A program made the position numbers and the translations under genes. DNA of 64,000 nt from Lactococcus sp. (GTDB taxonomy: Bacteria; Bacillota; Bacilli; Lactobacillales; Streptococcaceae): contig CP181259.1 in the NCBI GenBank assembly GCA_047833645.1, positions 1,496,586-1,560,585 on the forward strand, written 5' to 3'. The notes under the pieces were generated by a model, which was not told where the DNA came from, did no database searches, and saw nothing but the letters and a program-made list of their open reading frames with translations. Below are positions 31,320 through 43,371 of this stretch, one piece after another. Position 1 is the stretch's first letter, and each line of letters starts with the position of its first letter.

Positions 31320-34300
31320 ATGAACGATTTATTTGAAAGACTCATGGATCAGCTCGACATGCCTGCGGAAATCCGTCAGAATCCGGCGTTTCGTGGCAAT
31401 ATTGACAAGGTTGAAGTTCATGCCATCAGTAAAGTCTGGCATTTTTATTTGAAGTTCCCAGCGATTTTACCGATTGACTTATATCGAGAACTGGCCTATC
31501 GCCTAGAGATGGCCTTTTCAAATATCGCGAAAACGCAAGTGACGATTTTGACAGAAGATGGTCGTTTTGATGAAGCCATGCTCAACGCCTATCTCCCTCT
31601 AGTCTTTGATTTGCCGGGTTGTAACACACCAAGTTTCACGGCGATTTTTAAGAAATATCAGTTTACAGCTACAGATGAAGTCGCAACGGCCAAACTCTTG
31701 GTCGGTGAGTTATCAAATCTGGAATATTTTGTCAAACATTATTTTCCGATTATGGCGCAACATTTCCAAAATTTTGGCTTTACGGCTTTGCAGATTTTAC
31801 CAGAAATCGATTATCAGCTCACCGATAAATTGGTCGCTGAGTATGAAAAAAAATCTGAAGAAGCGCTAGCGGATATTTTAGCTAACCAACCAGAAGCCCC
31901 CTTCCAGCCTGATCATCCAGCACCTGCTTCAAAAGAAGCGGTTGCATCCCCTAACCAACTCGCACTGGGCAGGGAAATCAAGGCGTCTGATACCGTGTTC
32001 CAAATGAAGGATGTCGTGACTGAGGAGGCTAATGTCGTCTTTGAGGGCTACGTTTTTGCGGCGGAGCATAAGGTCTTTAAGAATCGGACGACGGGTAAGG
32101 AAAGTCACATGCTGGAAGTCAAGATGACGGACTACAGCAGCTCTTTTATCGTCCAAAAATGGGGACGTAAGCCTGAGGAGCAGGCCATGTTTGATCTGGT
32201 CAAAAAAGGTATGTGGATCAAGGTCAAGGGTAGTGTTCAGATGGACCAGTACAAGCATGAGTTGGTTCTAAGTGCGCGTGATATGGTCGAAATCAAGGCC
32301 AAAAACGTTCGCAAGGACCTCATGCCTGAGGATCAAAAACGGGTCGAATTCCATGCCCATACCAATATGTCGACCATGGATGCTATCCCTGATGTGACGG
32401 ATCTCGTCGCCCAAGCCGCGCGCTGGGGCCATCAAGCCATCGCCATCACCGATCATGCCGGGGCGCAAAGTTTCCCACACGCCCATTCTGCCGGTAAGAA
32501 AAATGGCATCAAAATTATTTATGGGATAGAAGCCAACTTAGTCGAGGACAGGGTGCCGATCACTTATCATGAAGATGATAGTAGCCTTTCAGAGTCGACC
32601 TACGTTGTTTTTGACGTGGAAACGACTGGCCTTTCTGCTGTTTATAACAAACTGATTCAAGTGGCGGCATCGAAAATGCACAAGGGCAATGTCATCGAAC
32701 AATTCGATGAGTTTATCAATCCGGGGCATCCCTTGAGTGAATTTACGACCCAGCTAACAGGGATTACCGATGACATGGTCAGAGGGTCTAAACCGCTAGA
32801 GCAAGTCTTAAAAGAATTCCAAGCCTTTTGTCAGGGCAGCATTCTCGTTGCCCATAATGCGACCTTTGACGTTGGCTTCATGAATATGAACTATCAGCGT
32901 CATCAGTTGCCTGAGATCACACAGCCGGTGATTGATACCTTGGAGTTTGCCCGTAATCTGTATCCTGAATTCAAGCGTCATGGCTTGGGGCCTTTGACCA
33001 AGCGTTTCCAAGTTTCTCTCGAAAGCCATCACTTGGCCAACTTTGATGCGGAAGCGACGGGTCGTTTGCTCTTCATTTTCTTAAATGATGCCAAGGAGAA
33101 ATTTGGCATTGAGCTCTTGAGCGATTTGAATACAAAAGTTGTAGATGCAGATTCTTATAAACGGGCGCGGGTGAAACATGCCACGATTTATGCCAAAACT
33201 CAAGATGGTCTGAAGAATCTCTTTAAGCTTATTTCTTATTCAAATGTCAACTATTTTTCAGGTGTGCCTAGAATTCCAAAATCAGTCCTTGAAGCCCATC
33301 GCGAGGGTTTGATTATCGGGTCAGCTTGTTCAGAAGGCGAAGTTTTTGAGGCGGTGACTAATAAATCCTTTGATGATGCCTTGAAAGTCGCTGATTATTA
33401 TGATTTCATCGAAATCATGCCACCGGCTATTTATCGCCCGTTGATTGCCAAAGAAACCATCAAAGATGAAGTGGAACTCCAACGCATTTTGAAAGATATG
33501 TTGCGGATAGCTGATACGCTAGGCAAGCCAGTCCTAGCAACAGGCAATGTCCACTATCTCAATCCAGAAGATGCTATCTATCGTGAAATTATCGTCCGTT
33601 CTCTAGGCGCTGGCGCTATCATCAACCGACCTGTCGGTCGTGGTGAACACGCCATGCCTGCACCATTGCCAGAAGTTCATTTTCGCACCACCAATGAAAT
33701 GCTGGACGATTTTGCCTTCCTTGGAGAAGATACGGCACGTCAGATTGTCATTGAAAATACGCAAAAAATGGCAGCATCCTTTGATGTCCTAACGCCAGTC
33801 CGTGACGACCTATACACACCTTACATTCCTGAATCTGAGGAAAAAATGGCCAAGCTGACCTACGAAAAAGCGCATGCCATCTATGGTAATCCTTTGCCTG
33901 ATATCGTCGATTTGCGGATTGAAAAAGAGCTCAATTCGATTATCGGTAATGGTTTCTCCGTTATCTACCTTATTTCTCAGATTCTCGTTGAGCGCTCCAA
34001 CAAACGGGGCTATCTCGTTGGCTCGCGGGGGTCTGTCGGCTCCTCATTTGTTGCGACCATGACTGGGATTACCGAGGTTAATCCACTGCCACCCCATTAT
34101 GTCTGCCCAGAGTGCCAGTACTCGGAGTTCTTTACCGAGGGGCAATATGGCTCAGGCTTTGATATGCCGGAGAAAAGCTGTCCAGAATGTGGACACAGGC
34201 TCACAAAAGACGGCCACGATATTCCATTTGAAACCTTCCTAGGTTTCAAGGGGGATAAAGTGCCCGATATCGATTTGAACTTCTCTGGTGCTGACCAACC

Positions 34301-35714
34301 GAGCGCCCATTTGGACGTCCGCGATATCTTTGGAGAAGACTATGCCTTTCGTGCCGGAACCATTGGTACGGTGGCTGAGAAAACTGCCTTTGGTTTCGTC
34401 AAAGGCTACGAACGTGACTACGGTAAATTCTACCGTGGTGCTGAAATTGAGCGCCTTGCAGCAGGCAGTACAGGTGTCAAACGGACGACAGGTCAGCATC
34501 CGGGCGGAATTATCGTTATTCCGGGCTATATGGATGTTTATGATTTCAGTCCAGTGGCCTATCCAGCTGAGGATATTAATGCTGAGTGGAAAACGACCCA
34601 CTTTGATTTCCATGCCATCCATGACAATATCTTGAAACTCGATATTCTGGGTCATGATGACCCGACCATGATTCGTAAGTTACAAGATCTATCCGGCATG
34701 GATGCCTCAACCATTCCGATGGATGACCCAGATGTCATGAAAATTTTTGCCGGAACAGAAGTTCTGGGTGTGACACCTGAGCAGATTTTTTCTAAGACGG
34801 GGACTTTAGGTGTCCCCGAAATGGGAACAACATTCGTTCGTGGGATGTTAGAGGAAACAAAGCCTAGCACTTTCGCAGAATTACTCCAAATTTCCGGTCT
34901 TTCCCATGGGACGGACGTTTGGCTGGGCAATGCGCAGGAATTAATCAAGCAAAAAATTGCCAATCTGGCCAATGTGATCGGTTGTCGGGATGATATCATG
35001 GTTTACCTGATTCATGCAGGACTCAACGAGTCAATGGCCTTCACGATTATGGAGCGTGTGCGTAAGGGCTTGTGGAATAAGATTGACGATGAAGAGCGTG
35101 AGACGTATATCGCTGCCATGCGTGACAACAATGTGCCCGAGTGGTACATTGATTCCTGTAGTAAAATCAAGTATATGTTCCCCAAAGCCCATGCGGCCGC
35201 CTATATCATGATGGCCTTGCGTGTCGCCTATTTCAAGGTCCATATGCCGATTTACTATTATTGTGCTTGGTTTTCGATTCGTGCCAATGCCTTTGATCTC
35301 AAGGTTATGGGCGATGGTTTGGATGCCGTCAAGGCTAAAATGCAAGAAATTAGAGCTAAGGGCTTTGAAGCCAGTAATGTCGAAAATGCCCTCTTTGGGA
35401 CGCTAGAACTCTGTAATGAAATGCTAGAGCGTGGCTTTAAATTTGGCAAGTTGGATTTGTATCGCAGTGAAGCCAGTGATTTTATTATCGAAGGTGATAC
35501 CTTGATTCCACCATTTTCTGCCATGGATGGCCTTGGTGGCAACGTCGCTAAGCAAATTGTAGAGGCGCGCAAGGCAGGAGAGTTTTTGAGTAAAACAGAA
35601 CTCCGAAAACGTGCGGGTGTCTCTCAAACCCTAGTCGACAAAATGGATGAAATGGGCATTCTCGGCAATATGCCAGAGGATAATCAGTTGAGTTTGTTTG
35701 ATGATTTGTTTTAA
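31320..35714 (+). CDS. polC: DNA polymerase III PolC
   Basis: PHP HAHTNMS, exonuclease [36 protein letters not shown]; 1464 aa. Confidence 0.98.
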   Translation: MNDLFERLMDQLDMPAEIRQNPAFRGNIDKVEVHAISKVWHFYLKFPAILPIDLYRELAYRLEMAFSNIAKTQVTILTEDGRFDEAMLNAYLPLVFDLPGCNTPSFTAIFKKYQFTATDEVATAKLLVGELSNLEYFVKHYFPIMAQHFQNFGFTALQILPEIDYQLTDKLVAEYEKKSEEALADILANQPEAPFQPDHPAPASKEAVASPNQLALGREIKASDTVFQMKDVVTEEANVVFEGYVFAAEHKVFKNRTTGKESHMLEVKMTDYSSSFIVQKWGRKPEEQAMFDLVKKGMWIKVKGSVQMDQYKHELVLSARDMVEIKAKNVRKDLMPEDQKRVEFHAHTNMSTMDAIPDVTDLVAQAARWGHQAIAITDHAGAQSFPHAHSAGKKNGIKIIYGIEANLVEDRVPITYHEDDSSLSESTYVVFDVETTGLSAVYNKLIQVAASKMHKGNVIEQFDEFINPGHPLSEFTTQLTGITDDMVRGSKPLEQVLKEFQAFCQGSILVAHNATFDVGFMNMNYQRHQLPEITQPVIDTLEFARNLYPEFKRHGLGPLTKRFQVSLESHHLANFDAEATGRLLFIFLNDAKEKFGIELLSDLNTKVVDADSYKRARVKHATIYAKTQDGLKNLFKLISYSNVNYFSGVPRIPKSVLEAHREGLIIGSACSEGEVFEAVTNKSFDDALKVADYYDFIEIMPPAIYRPLIAKETIKDEVELQRILKDMLRIADTLGKPVLATGNVHYLNPEDAIYREIIVRSLGAGAIINRPVGRGEHAMPAPLPEVHFRTTNEMLDDFAFLGEDTARQIVIENTQKMAASFDVLTPVRDDLYTPYIPESEEKMAKLTYEKAHAIYGNPLPDIVDLRIEKELNSIIGNGFSVIYLISQILVERSNKRGYLVGSRGSVGSSFVATMTGITEVNPLPPHYVCPECQYSEFFTEGQYGSGFDMPEKSCPECGHRLTKDGHDIPFETFLGFKGDKVPDIDLNFSGADQPSAHLDVRDIFGEDYAFRAGTIGTVAEKTAFGFVKGYERDYGKFYRGAEIERLAAGSTGVKRTTGQHPGGIIVIPGYMDVYDFSPVAYPAEDINAEWKTTHFDFHAIHDNILKLDILGHDDPTMIRKLQDLSGMDASTIPMDDPDVMKIFAGTEVLGVTPEQIFSKTGTLGVPEMGTTFVRGMLEETKPSTFAELLQISGLSHGTDVWLGNAQELIKQKIANLANVIGCRDDIMVYLIHAGLNESMAFTIMERVRKGLWNKIDDEERETYIAAMRDNNVPEWYIDSCSKIKYMFPKAHAAAYIMMALRVAYFKVHMPIYYYCAWFSIRANAFDLKVMGDGLDAVKAKMQEIRAKGFEASNVENALFGTLELCNEMLERGFKFGKLDLYRSEASDFIIEGDTLIPPFSAMDGLGGNVAKQIVEARKAGEFLSKTELRKRAGVSQTLVDKMDEMGILGNMPEDNQLSLFDDLF

Positions 35715-35735
35715 AAAATAAAGTTAAAGAATTCG

Positions 35736-35762
35736 TGAGCAATCACGGATTTTTTTCGTATA
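35736..35762 (+). promoter_or_regulatory. ComX (sigma-X) dependent promoter
   Basis: TTTCGTATA at 35754-35762, the lactococcal Com-box -10, just upstream of the comGA RBS. Confidence 0.75.
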
Positions 35763-35782
35763 TAAAAGTAGGAGGTAATGAG

Positions 35783-36724
35783 ATGATACAGGAAATGGCA
35801 CAGACGCTGCTTGCAAAAGCAGTTGATTTTGGGGCAAGCGATATTTATTTACTGCCAGTCAAGGCAGGGGTTTCAGTTGTTTTTCGGAAGTCAACGCACC
35901 GTGACAAGTATCAGCTATTATCAGAAGCTGACGGTCAAAGTCTTATCTCCCATTTTAAGTTTACAGCTGGGATGAATGTTGGCGAGAAACGTCGACCACA
36001 ACTAGGGTCTTGCCTCTATCCGTTTTCTGGTCAAAAATATCGGCTGCGCTTATCTTCAGCAGGAGATTTTGAAAGTCGTGAAAGCCTAGTCATTCGACTG
36101 TTGCATGATAGGGAGAGACAACTCGCCTTTTGGTTTGAGACTGACTTGCCACAAGTTGAAAATTTAGTGGCGAGACGTGGTCTTTATCTATTTTCAGGTC
36201 CAGTTGGCTCAGGCAAAACGACACTGATGCACCATATTGCCAAACAGAAATTTTCAGGTCAACAGGTGATTACGATAGAAGATCCCGTGGAGATTGTCTC
36301 ACCAGACTTGCTCCAATTTCAGCTGAACGAAGCGATTGGCAATACCTATGATAGTCTGATTAAACTGTCCTTGCGCCATATGCCTGACCTGGTGATTGTC
36401 GGTGAAATTCGTGATCAGGAAACTGCGCGAGCAGTCATGAGAGCGAGTTTGACTGGCTATACCGTCTTTTCAACGATTCATGCGAAATCGATCGCAGGCG
36501 TTTATGCCAGACTGACGGAGCTCGGAATTACGAAAGAAGAAATCAAAAATTCGCTCTCAGGTGTTGTCTACCAACGCTTGATTGCAGGAAAGGGGGTGCT
36601 GGACAGTGCCGACAAAGCCTTTGAAACCCATGTCAACGACAAGTGGCATGACAAGATTGAAAAATTGGTTACAGCTGGACATCTCACACCTGATCAGGCG
36701 GCAACCGAAAAAATTAGCGATTAA
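35783..36724 (+). CDS. comGA: Competence pilus ATPase ComGA
   Basis: GPVGSGKTT, EDPVE, LRHMPDLVIVGEIRD; start ATG 35783 after GGAGG. Confidence 0.95.
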   Translation: MIQEMAQTLLAKAVDFGASDIYLLPVKAGVSVVFRKSTHRDKYQLLSEADGQSLISHFKFTAGMNVGEKRRPQLGSCLYPFSGQKYRLRLSSAGDFESRESLVIRLLHDRERQLAFWFETDLPQVENLVARRGLYLFSGPVGSGKTTLMHHIAKQKFSGQQVITIEDPVEIVSPDLLQFQLNEAIGNTYDSLIKLSLRHMPDLVIVGEIRDQETARAVMRASLTGYTVFSTIHAKSIAGVYARLTELGITKEEIKNSLSGVVYQRLIAGKGVLDSADKAFETHVNDKWHDKIEKLVTAGHLTPDQAATEKISD

Positions 36725-37691
36725 GCAACAAGTTAAGTTGATGCGCCTCATGACCAATCTCTTTTCGAGTGGCTTTCATTTAGCAGAAATTGTCAATTTT
36801 TTAAGTCGCTCGAAATTGGTCGAGGCCAAATTTGTGACGACTATGCGAGAAGGCTTATCCAATGGCCAAAATCTCTCGCAAATTCTAAGTGAGCTACGTT
36901 TTTCAAATTCAGTCGTCACGCAAGTTGCTCTGGCAGATTATCATGGCAATACACAGCAAACCCTACATTTGATAACAGAAAATCTAATGAAAGTGCAAAA
37001 GGCCAAGCAAAAATTGGTGACAGTCGCAACTTATCCTGTTATTTTACTCGTTTTTCTGGTTGTCATTGTGCTAGGCTTAAAAACTTATCTGCTACCACAG
37101 GTTGAATCCAATAACTTTGCGGGGACAGTGATTACCGCCCTACCGTGGCTTTTCCTCGGACTGGGCATCCTGTTAACAGTTCTTGTATTAGGCTTGATTC
37201 GGTATTTTAAAACAACTTCACCATTAACCAATGTGCAAAGATTGGGGCATTTTCCCTTGATTCAAACCTACTTGAAACTTTATCTGACGGCTTTTTACGC
37301 CCGAGAATGGGGGAATTTGATTAAGCAAGGGTTGGAAATGCGGCAGATATTAGAGATGATGACCACGCAAAAGAATCAACTCTTTCGAGAAATCGGGCAA
37401 GATTTGCTAAAGGCTATGCAGTTAGGGCAAGAATTTCATGACAAAATTCATCACTACAGTTTTTTCACACCAGAGTTAGCGCTGATTATCGAATACGGCG
37501 AAATGAAGTCTAAATTAGGCGACGAGTTGTTAGTCTATGCAGACGAATCCTGGGCAAAATTTTTTGAAAAAGTGGCGAGCGCCATGGACATCATTCAGCC
37601 ACTCGTCTTTTTATTTGTGGCCCTGATGATTGTTTTGATTTATGCCGCCATGTTGCTACCGATTTATGCGCAGATGGATCTGGGGATGTAG
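36648..37691 (+). CDS. comGB: Competence pilus platform protein ComGB
   Basis: SGFHLAEI, YPVILL, GEMKSKLG, IQPLVF...YAAMLLP; exact start uncertain (ORF open from 36582). Confidence 0.92.
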   Translation: MTRLKNWLQLDISHLIRRQPKKLAIKQQVKLMRLMTNLFSSGFHLAEIVNFLSRSKLVEAKFVTTMREGLSNGQNLSQILSELRFSNSVVTQVALADYHGNTQQTLHLITENLMKVQKAKQKLVTVATYPVILLVFLVVIVLGLKTYLLPQVESNNFAGTVITALPWLFLGLGILLTVLVLGLIRYFKTTSPLTNVQRLGHFPLIQTYLKLYLTAFYAREWGNLIKQGLEMRQILEMMTTQKNQLFREIGQDLLKAMQLGQEFHDKIHHYSFFTPELALIIEYGEMKSKLGDELLVYADESWAKFFEKVASAMDIIQPLVFLFVALMIVLIYAAMLLPIYAQMDLGM

Positions 37692-37781
37692 GTCGTATGG
37701 GAATGTTATTGCTTGGCCGGCGTGTCAGCGTAGATTAAGCTTCAAGATGTCATCAAATGATATCGCAGAAAGGGAAAAAAT

Positions 37782-38114
37782 ATGAAAAAGAAGTCAATCT
37801 TAAATCAAGTCAAGCAAAAACAGGCTGCAGCCTTCACTTTGGTGGAAATGTTAGTCGTTTTGCTGATCATCAGTGTCCTGATTTTACTGTTTGTGCCCAA
37901 TCTCTCCAAGCAAAAAGAGGCAGTCAAAAATACTGGTAATGGGGCAATCGTGAAGGTGGTTAATTCGCAAGCAGAGCTTTACAAATTGGATCACACAGAT
38001 GAGGCCACACTAAGCAAACTGGTCAGCAATGGCAATATTACGCAGAAGCAGGCGGACACCTATAATGAGTACTATACGAAAAATACGACTGAAACACGTG
38101 AACTTGCCAATTAG
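37782..38114 (+). CDS. comGC: Competence major pilin ComGC
   Basis: AFTLVEMLVVLLIISVLILLFVPNL prepilin motif. Confidence 0.95.
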   Translation: MKKKSILNQVKQKQAAAFTLVEMLVVLLIISVLILLFVPNLSKQKEAVKNTGNGAIVKVVNSQAELYKLDHTDEATLSKLVSNGNITQKQADTYNEYYTKNTTETRELAN

Positions 38115-38514
38115 AGCTTTTACCTTGTTAGAAAGCCTGCTGACCTTATCCGTCACTTGTTTTGTGATTATGATGTTTTCAGTCACTTTTCAGAAAACGA
38201 TCCATGTCATTCGCGGTGAGTTATTTGTTCTGGAGTTTGAAATGATGCTGAAAAATCAACAGGCACAAGCTGTGACAAGTGCAGCGCCTAGGAGCCTATC
38301 GGCGGTCAATGGGACAGTCAAAATCAATGGTACCAACCAACCTGTCCCGGAAGAAACGCAATTCTCAGATTTTGACATCACCTTTAACAAAAATGGTAAT
38401 CTCCAGTCAATCAAGGAGGCGAAAATCGTGATTGTCTTGCCTTATGAAGGGGGCCGGCAGGTCACCTATCAACTCCAGTTAGGAAGTGGTCAGTATAAAA
38501 AAACAAGAAATTAA
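38098..38514 (+). CDS. comGD: Competence minor pilin ComGD
   Basis: AFTLLESLLTL; YQLQLGSGQYKK C-terminus; start uncertain (GTG 38098, ORF open from 38029). Confidence 0.9.
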   Translation: MNLPIRAFTLLESLLTLSVTCFVIMMFSVTFQKTIHVIRGELFVLEFEMMLKNQQAQAVTSAAPRSLSAVNGTVKINGTNQPVPEETQFSDFDITFNKNGNLQSIKEAKIVIVLPYEGGRQVTYQLQLGSGQYKKTRN

Positions 38515-38791
38515 AGCTTATATTTTATTGGAAAGTATTCTGGCCATGGCCCTGTTAGCAGTCTTATCAAGCTTTGTGATAACGGAAATTTCGGTGAGTC
38601 GGGCGCAGGTTGCCAGGCAAAATCAGGCGATTGAAGTTTTAAATGTGGGCCTGATGGCTTTTGACAGCAAGCAAAGTCACTTGCGAGAAAATGGTGTTGA
38701 GGTGACGTTGATCCAAACGGCGCAAGAAGTCGTCTTAGAGAGTTCAGGACAGGAGGTGCTGCGCCTTGAAATTTTGCAAGAAACGCCTTAA
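38486..38791 (+). CDS. comGE: Competence minor pilin ComGE
   Basis: AYILLESILAMALL prepilin motif. Confidence 0.88.
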   Translation: MVSIKKQEIKAYILLESILAMALLAVLSSFVITEISVSRAQVARQNQAIEVLNVGLMAFDSKQSHLRENGVEVTLIQTAQEVVLESSGQEVLRLEILQETP

Positions 38792-39209
38792 AGCTTTTAC
38801 CTTGCTGGAATGCCTGGTGGCACTCTTGTCGATGAGTATGTCCCTGCTTGTCATTCAAGGCATGACGGTCTTAATCACACAAGAATTTGAGGTCATTCGC
38901 CAATCAGAGGACAAAAATTGGCAAAATTTTTCAAATTTATTGCGGCGGGAGCTTGAGCAGGCTGAATTGGACAGGGTGGCCGACCATTTTCTCTATGTCA
39001 ACACACCCAGTGGTCCCAAGCGTTTTGGCAGGCCAACAGGCGCAGATGATTTTCGTAAAACCAATGAAAAGGGTCTAGGTTATCAACCGATGATTTATGG
39101 GCTTTCTGCTGTTGAGATGTCAAAGACTCGCCATGTTGTGACCATTCATCTGAAGTTCAGTAAAGGAGGTGAGCGAACATTTATCTACGCATTTTCAAAT
39201 ATCAAGTAA
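38766..39209 (+). CDS. comGF: Competence minor pilin ComGF
   Basis: AFTLLECLVALL; GYQPMIYG. Confidence 0.9.
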   Translation: MKFCKKRLKAFTLLECLVALLSMSMSLLVIQGMTVLITQEFEVIRQSEDKNWQNFSNLLRRELEQAELDRVADHFLYVNTPSGPKRFGRPTGADDFRKTNEKGLGYQPMIYGLSAVEMSKTRHVVTIHLKFSKGGERTFIYAFSNIK

Positions 39210-39220
39210 AAGGGGGCATC

Positions 39221-39505
39221 ATGCTCTATGCCCTAGTCATGGCGGTTATTTTTGGGATGCTATTAAGTTTTTATTTGCGTGCGGTGGTAGCCAATCAGAA
39301 GCAGCTGATGAGTCAGAAAGATTTTTTGTCTGCCCAACTCATGGCAAGGGTAACACAGGCGCGAGTTGTCACGCAAAAAACGGGTCAGATTCGATTTAAC
39401 ACCGGTATTTCCGACTATGAACAAACTGAAACGACGCTCAAGGTGACGGTTCAGTTAGAAAATACAAGAACTTATCATTTTGAATTACCGAATGTGGTAA
39501 AATAG
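39221..39505 (+). CDS. comGG: Competence minor pilin ComGG
   Basis: LYALVMAVIFGMLLSFYL; GQIRFNTG; last gene of the comG operon. Confidence 0.85.
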   Translation: MLYALVMAVIFGMLLSFYLRAVVANQKQLMSQKDFLSAQLMARVTQARVVTQKTGQIRFNTGISDYEQTETTLKVTVQLENTRTYHFELPNVVK

Positions 39506-39509
39506 AAAC

Positions 39510-40361
39510 ATGGAAATTACAGAAAAAGCACCAGCTAAGATTAATCTTGGCTTGGACGTCATCGGCAAGCGTTCTGATGGCTATCATGAACTGGATATGA
39601 TCATGACCAGTGTCGATTTGGCAGATCGGATTACGGTACGAGAACTTGAGCAAGAACAGGTGATTCGTTTACAGTCGAACTCTAGTTTTGTCCCCCTTAA
39701 CAAAAAAAATCACGCCTATAAAGCAGCCATGGTTCTTAAAAAGACCTTCGGCATTAAAAAAGGTGTCGAGATTTATATTGATAAAAAAACGCCAGTCGCG
39801 GCAGGACTTGCAGGCGGGTCATCGGATGCCGCAGCGACTTTGCGTGCCCTCAATCAGCTTTGGCAGCTCAATTTAACGACACCAGAACTGGCAAAATTAG
39901 GCGAGCAAATCGGATCAGACGTTCCTTATTGTGTCTATGGTCAAACAGCGCGCGTGACGGGACGGGGAGAGCACGTCCGACCGATTGAAAATCCCAAAAA
40001 ATTCTGGGTTGTTTTGGTCAAACCATCATTTGGTGTGTCAACACCCGAAATTTTCCGCCATGTCAAGTTGGATCAAATCCCGCATCCAGATATTGATGCT
40101 CTGGAACAGGCAGTGGTTAACTCAGATTTTGATGCTCTCCTTCAGAATCTTGGGAATTCACTAGAAGCTGTCACACTAGCCAAACATCCCTTGATATTGA
40201 AGATTAAGGAACGGTTATTGGCGAGTGGTGCAGATGGTGTTTTAATGAGTGGGAGTGGCCCAACCGTTTTCGCCCTCTGTCAACAAGAGAAAAAAGCGCA
40301 ACGGATTTGCAACAGCATTAAAGGATTTTGTGACGAAGTTTACCTAGTCAGAATGCTCTAG
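39510..40361 (+). CDS. ispE: 4-(cytidine 5'-diphospho)-2-C-methyl-D-erythritol kinase (GHMP family)
   Basis: APAKINLGL, PVAAGLAGGSSDAAA, GSDVP, MSGSGPTV. Confidence 0.93.
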   Translation: MEITEKAPAKINLGLDVIGKRSDGYHELDMIMTSVDLADRITVRELEQEQVIRLQSNSSFVPLNKKNHAYKAAMVLKKTFGIKKGVEIYIDKKTPVAAGLAGGSSDAAATLRALNQLWQLNLTTPELAKLGEQIGSDVPYCVYGQTARVTGRGEHVRPIENPKKFWVVLVKPSFGVSTPEIFRHVKLDQIPHPDIDALEQAVVNSDFDALLQNLGNSLEAVTLAKHPLILKIKERLLASGADGVLMSGSGPTVFALCQQEKKAQRICNSIKGFCDEVYLVRML

Positions 40362-40447
40362 GCTATTCAAGTGTCAGGGAAGAAAGCATGAGGGTGTCAC
40401 GAATAGAGGCATCAAACTGATGGTAATGTCAAAGGAGAGCGCTTAAA

Positions 40448-41296
40448 ATGGAAGATTTAGCTTACTATAATGGGAAAATCACGCGCCTATCAGAGATGAT
40501 GGTGCCCTTTAACGATCGCTCACATTTTTTTGGTGACGGTGTTTACGATGCCAGCGTTGCGAGAAATAGGATAATCTTTAAGCTAGAAGATCATCTAGAT
40601 CGTTTTTTCAAGAGCATGGTCCTAATTGATATCCAGCCCGACTTTACAAAAGATGACTTAAGAGCCCTGTTACAGGACTTATGTCAAAAATTAGACACAG
40701 GTGACCTATTTGTCTATTTTCAGGTCAGTCGTGGCACCGCCATCAGAAATCACAGTTATGCGCAACCCCTCAAACCTAACTTAGCCATTTATCTGCTACC
40801 TTGGACAGGCGACTTTTCCGGTCAAAATCGCCTCAAATTAATGACCACGCCGGATCATCGCTTCGAATTTTGTCACATCAAGACCCTCAATCTATTGCCC
40901 AACGTTCTAGCTAGTCAAGCCGCGACAGCTCAAGGCTTAGACGAAGTGGTTTACCACCGAGATCAGCGCGTGACAGAGTGCGCCCACAGTAACATCAGCA
41001 TCTTGACCAACGGTATTTTCCAAACGGCACCCCTAGATCACTGGATTCTGCCAGGCATTGCTCGCAAGTATTTGCTACTAGCCAGTCAAGCGCTCGGTAT
41101 CGAGGTTTTGGAAAAACCTTTCACCCTTGCAGAAATGTTTGCAGCAGATGAAGTGATTGTCTCCAGTTCGGGATCGCTCTGTGCGCCAGTCTCAGAAATT
41201 GATGGGCGGGCTGTAGGCGGCCGAGATCCTGAGAGATTGCAGCAACTGCACGCTGAAATTTATCAAGACTTTTTCCAAGAAACGGCTGTCGATTGA
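40448..41296 (+). CDS. dat: Class IV PLP aminotransferase (D-amino-acid transaminase-like)
   Basis: DRSHFFGDGVYD, YFQVSRG, IKTLNLLPNVL, ILPGIAR. Confidence 0.8.
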   Translation: MEDLAYYNGKITRLSEMMVPFNDRSHFFGDGVYDASVARNRIIFKLEDHLDRFFKSMVLIDIQPDFTKDDLRALLQDLCQKLDTGDLFVYFQVSRGTAIRNHSYAQPLKPNLAIYLLPWTGDFSGQNRLKLMTTPDHRFEFCHIKTLNLLPNVLASQAATAQGLDEVVYHRDQRVTECAHSNISILTNGIFQTAPLDHWILPGIARKYLLLASQALGIEVLEKPFTLAEMFAADEVIVSSSGSLCAPVSEIDGRAVGGRDPERLQQLHAEIYQDFFQETAVD

Positions 41297-41368
41297 TGAA
41301 GACGGTCTTTTTTGATTGACATTTTTAGCTAGGATGATATACTTAACTGGTAAAGGAAATCACAAGAT

Positions 41369-41818
41369 ATGAAAAAAAACACCTCACAGGTCAGTCAACA
41401 AATTGATCGATTGTTCACAAAAATCATGCAACTTGCTGAAAATAAACAGGAAGTCCTTTTGGGTAAGTGTGAGTCTGATGCCGGCTTGACCAATACACAA
41501 GAGCATATTTTGATGTTGCTCTTGCATGAAAAGTTGACCAATGCTAAATTGGCTGAGAAACTCAATATTTCACCAGCTGCCGTGACCAAGGCCTTGAAAA
41601 AATTGCAGCAGTTGAATTTGACGCATTCGGAAAAGTCGGCCTCTGATGAGCGGATCGTCCTTTGGCGTCTGTCCCAAACTGGTTTGCCGATTGCACAAGA
41701 ACATGCCCATCATCATCAAGCGACGCTTGCAACTTACGCAAAAATTACGGACGCATTTTCAGGAGATGACCAACAAATCATCGTTAGATTTCTAGAAAAA
41801 TTAGAGAAGGAGTTTTAA
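41369..41818 (+). CDS. adcR: Zinc-responsive MarR-family repressor AdcR/ZitR
   Basis: [29 protein letters not shown]. Confidence 0.9.
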   Translation: MKKNTSQVSQQIDRLFTKIMQLAENKQEVLLGKCESDAGLTNTQEHILMLLLHEKLTNAKLAEKLNISPAAVTKALKKLQQLNLTHSEKSASDERIVLWRLSQTGLPIAQEHAHHHQATLATYAKITDAFSGDDQQIIVRFLEKLEKEF

Positions 41819-42552
41819 TGGATTACCTCACAGTCACGAATTTAAGCTTCGTCTACGATGCCGAGCCTGTTCTGGAAAATGTTGTCTTTCGAATCAGTTC
41901 TGGTGAGTTTGTCACTTTGACAGGTGAAAACGGGGCTGCCAAATCGACGCTCGTCAAAGCCACGCTAGGCATTATCAAACCTAAAACAGGTGAGATCACC
42001 ATCGCCAAGCAAAATATTAAAGGCAAGAAACTGAGAATTTCGTATCTGCCCCAGCAAATTGCCAGTTTTAATGCCGGTTTTCCAAGCACGGTTAAGGAAT
42101 TTGTGACCAGCGGTCGTTTTCCGCGCAATGGCTGGTTTAAACGGATTACCCAGCACGATTTAGCGCATGTTGAGAAATCACTACGCTCGGTTGGCATGTG
42201 GGAGCAGCGTGATAAGCGGATGGGAGCTCTTTCTGGTGGGCAAAAACAACGGGTAGCCATTGCCAGAATGTTTGCCAGTGACCCAGATTTATTTATCTTG
42301 GATGAACCGACGACAGGGATGGATGATGTCAGCCGGTCAGAATTTTATCGCTTGATGAGCCATGCTGCCCACAAACATGGTAAGGCAGTCTTGATGATCA
42401 CACATGATGCCGAAGATGTCAAAGCATTTTCTGATCGCAATATTCATCTAGCGCGGAAGCAAAATACCCATTGGCGCTGTTTTAGTGTTCATGAAGACAC
42501 AACTGGACAGAGCAAGAAAGCCCTAGAAAATCAGGAGGTAAGTGGTGTTTAG
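41818..42552 (+). CDS. adcC: Zinc ABC transporter ATPase
   Basis: [28 protein letters not shown]. Confidence 0.92.
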   Translation: MDYLTVTNLSFVYDAEPVLENVVFRISSGEFVTLTGENGAAKSTLVKATLGIIKPKTGEITIAKQNIKGKKLRISYLPQQIASFNAGFPSTVKEFVTSGRFPRNGWFKRITQHDLAHVEKSLRSVGMWEQRDKRMGALSGGQKQRVAIARMFASDPDLFILDEPTTGMDDVSRSEFYRLMSHAAHKHGKAVLMITHDAEDVKAFSDRNIHLARKQNTHWRCFSVHEDTTGQSKKALENQEVSGV

Positions 42553-43357
42553 TCTCTTTCAATATGAATTTATGCAGCGGGCCTTCTTCGCCATTGTTGC
42601 CATGTCCTTATTTGCCCCCCTTCTAGGTGTTTTTCTCGTCCTGCGCCGGCAAAGTTTGATGAGTGACACGCTCAGCCACGTTTCCTTGGCGGGTGTCGCT
42701 TTCGGCTTGTTTATCGGGATATCACCTAATCTCTCAACCATTGTGGTGGTGATTTTAGCAGCCATCCTCCTCGAATATCTGCGCACCCTTTATCGCAACT
42801 TCTTGGAAGTCGCCACAGCAATCTTAATGAGTTTGGGTTTGTCACTCGCCCTAATTTTTGCTAACACGGGTCGTGGCAAAGGCATCAACCTCGATCAGTA
42901 TCTCTTTGGCTCGATCGTTACCGTTTCCCAGACCCAAGTCATCTTGCTCGCTATTCTAGCAGTCGTCGTCTTAGTCGTCTTTGCCCTCTTCATGCGGCCC
43001 ATGTACGTCATGACCTTCGATGAAGACACGGCTTTCGTTGATGGCCTACCCGTCCGACTCATGTCAACCCTTTTTAACGTCGTGACAGGCGTCGCCATTG
43101 CCCTGATGATTCCAGTTGCAGGCGCTCTCCTGGTTTCAGCCATTATGGTCATGCCAGCTTCCATTGCCATGCGCATCGGCCTGACCTTCAAGCGCGTCCT
43201 TGCGCTCGCTGTCATCATCGGCTTCATCGGCATGCTGGCAGGCTTGGTCATTTCCTACGAAAGTGGTGCACCCGCTAGCGCAACCATCACCCTCGTCTTC
43301 GTCGGCGTCTTTATCCTGACGCTAGCCATCAGCAAACTCAAAGTGATGTTCAAATAA
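42542..43357 (+). CDS. adcB: Zinc ABC transporter permease
   Basis: [17 protein letters not shown]; YLFGSI. Confidence 0.92.
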   Translation: MVFSLFQYEFMQRAFFAIVAMSLFAPLLGVFLVLRRQSLMSDTLSHVSLAGVAFGLFIGISPNLSTIVVVILAAILLEYLRTLYRNFLEVATAILMSLGLSLALIFANTGRGKGINLDQYLFGSIVTVSQTQVILLAILAVVVLVVFALFMRPMYVMTFDEDTAFVDGLPVRLMSTLFNVVTGVAIALMIPVAGALLVSAIMVMPASIAMRIGLTFKRVLALAVIIGFIGMLAGLVISYESGAPASATITLVFVGVFILTLAISKLKVMFK

Positions 43358-43371
43358 AAAATCGTTACAGT

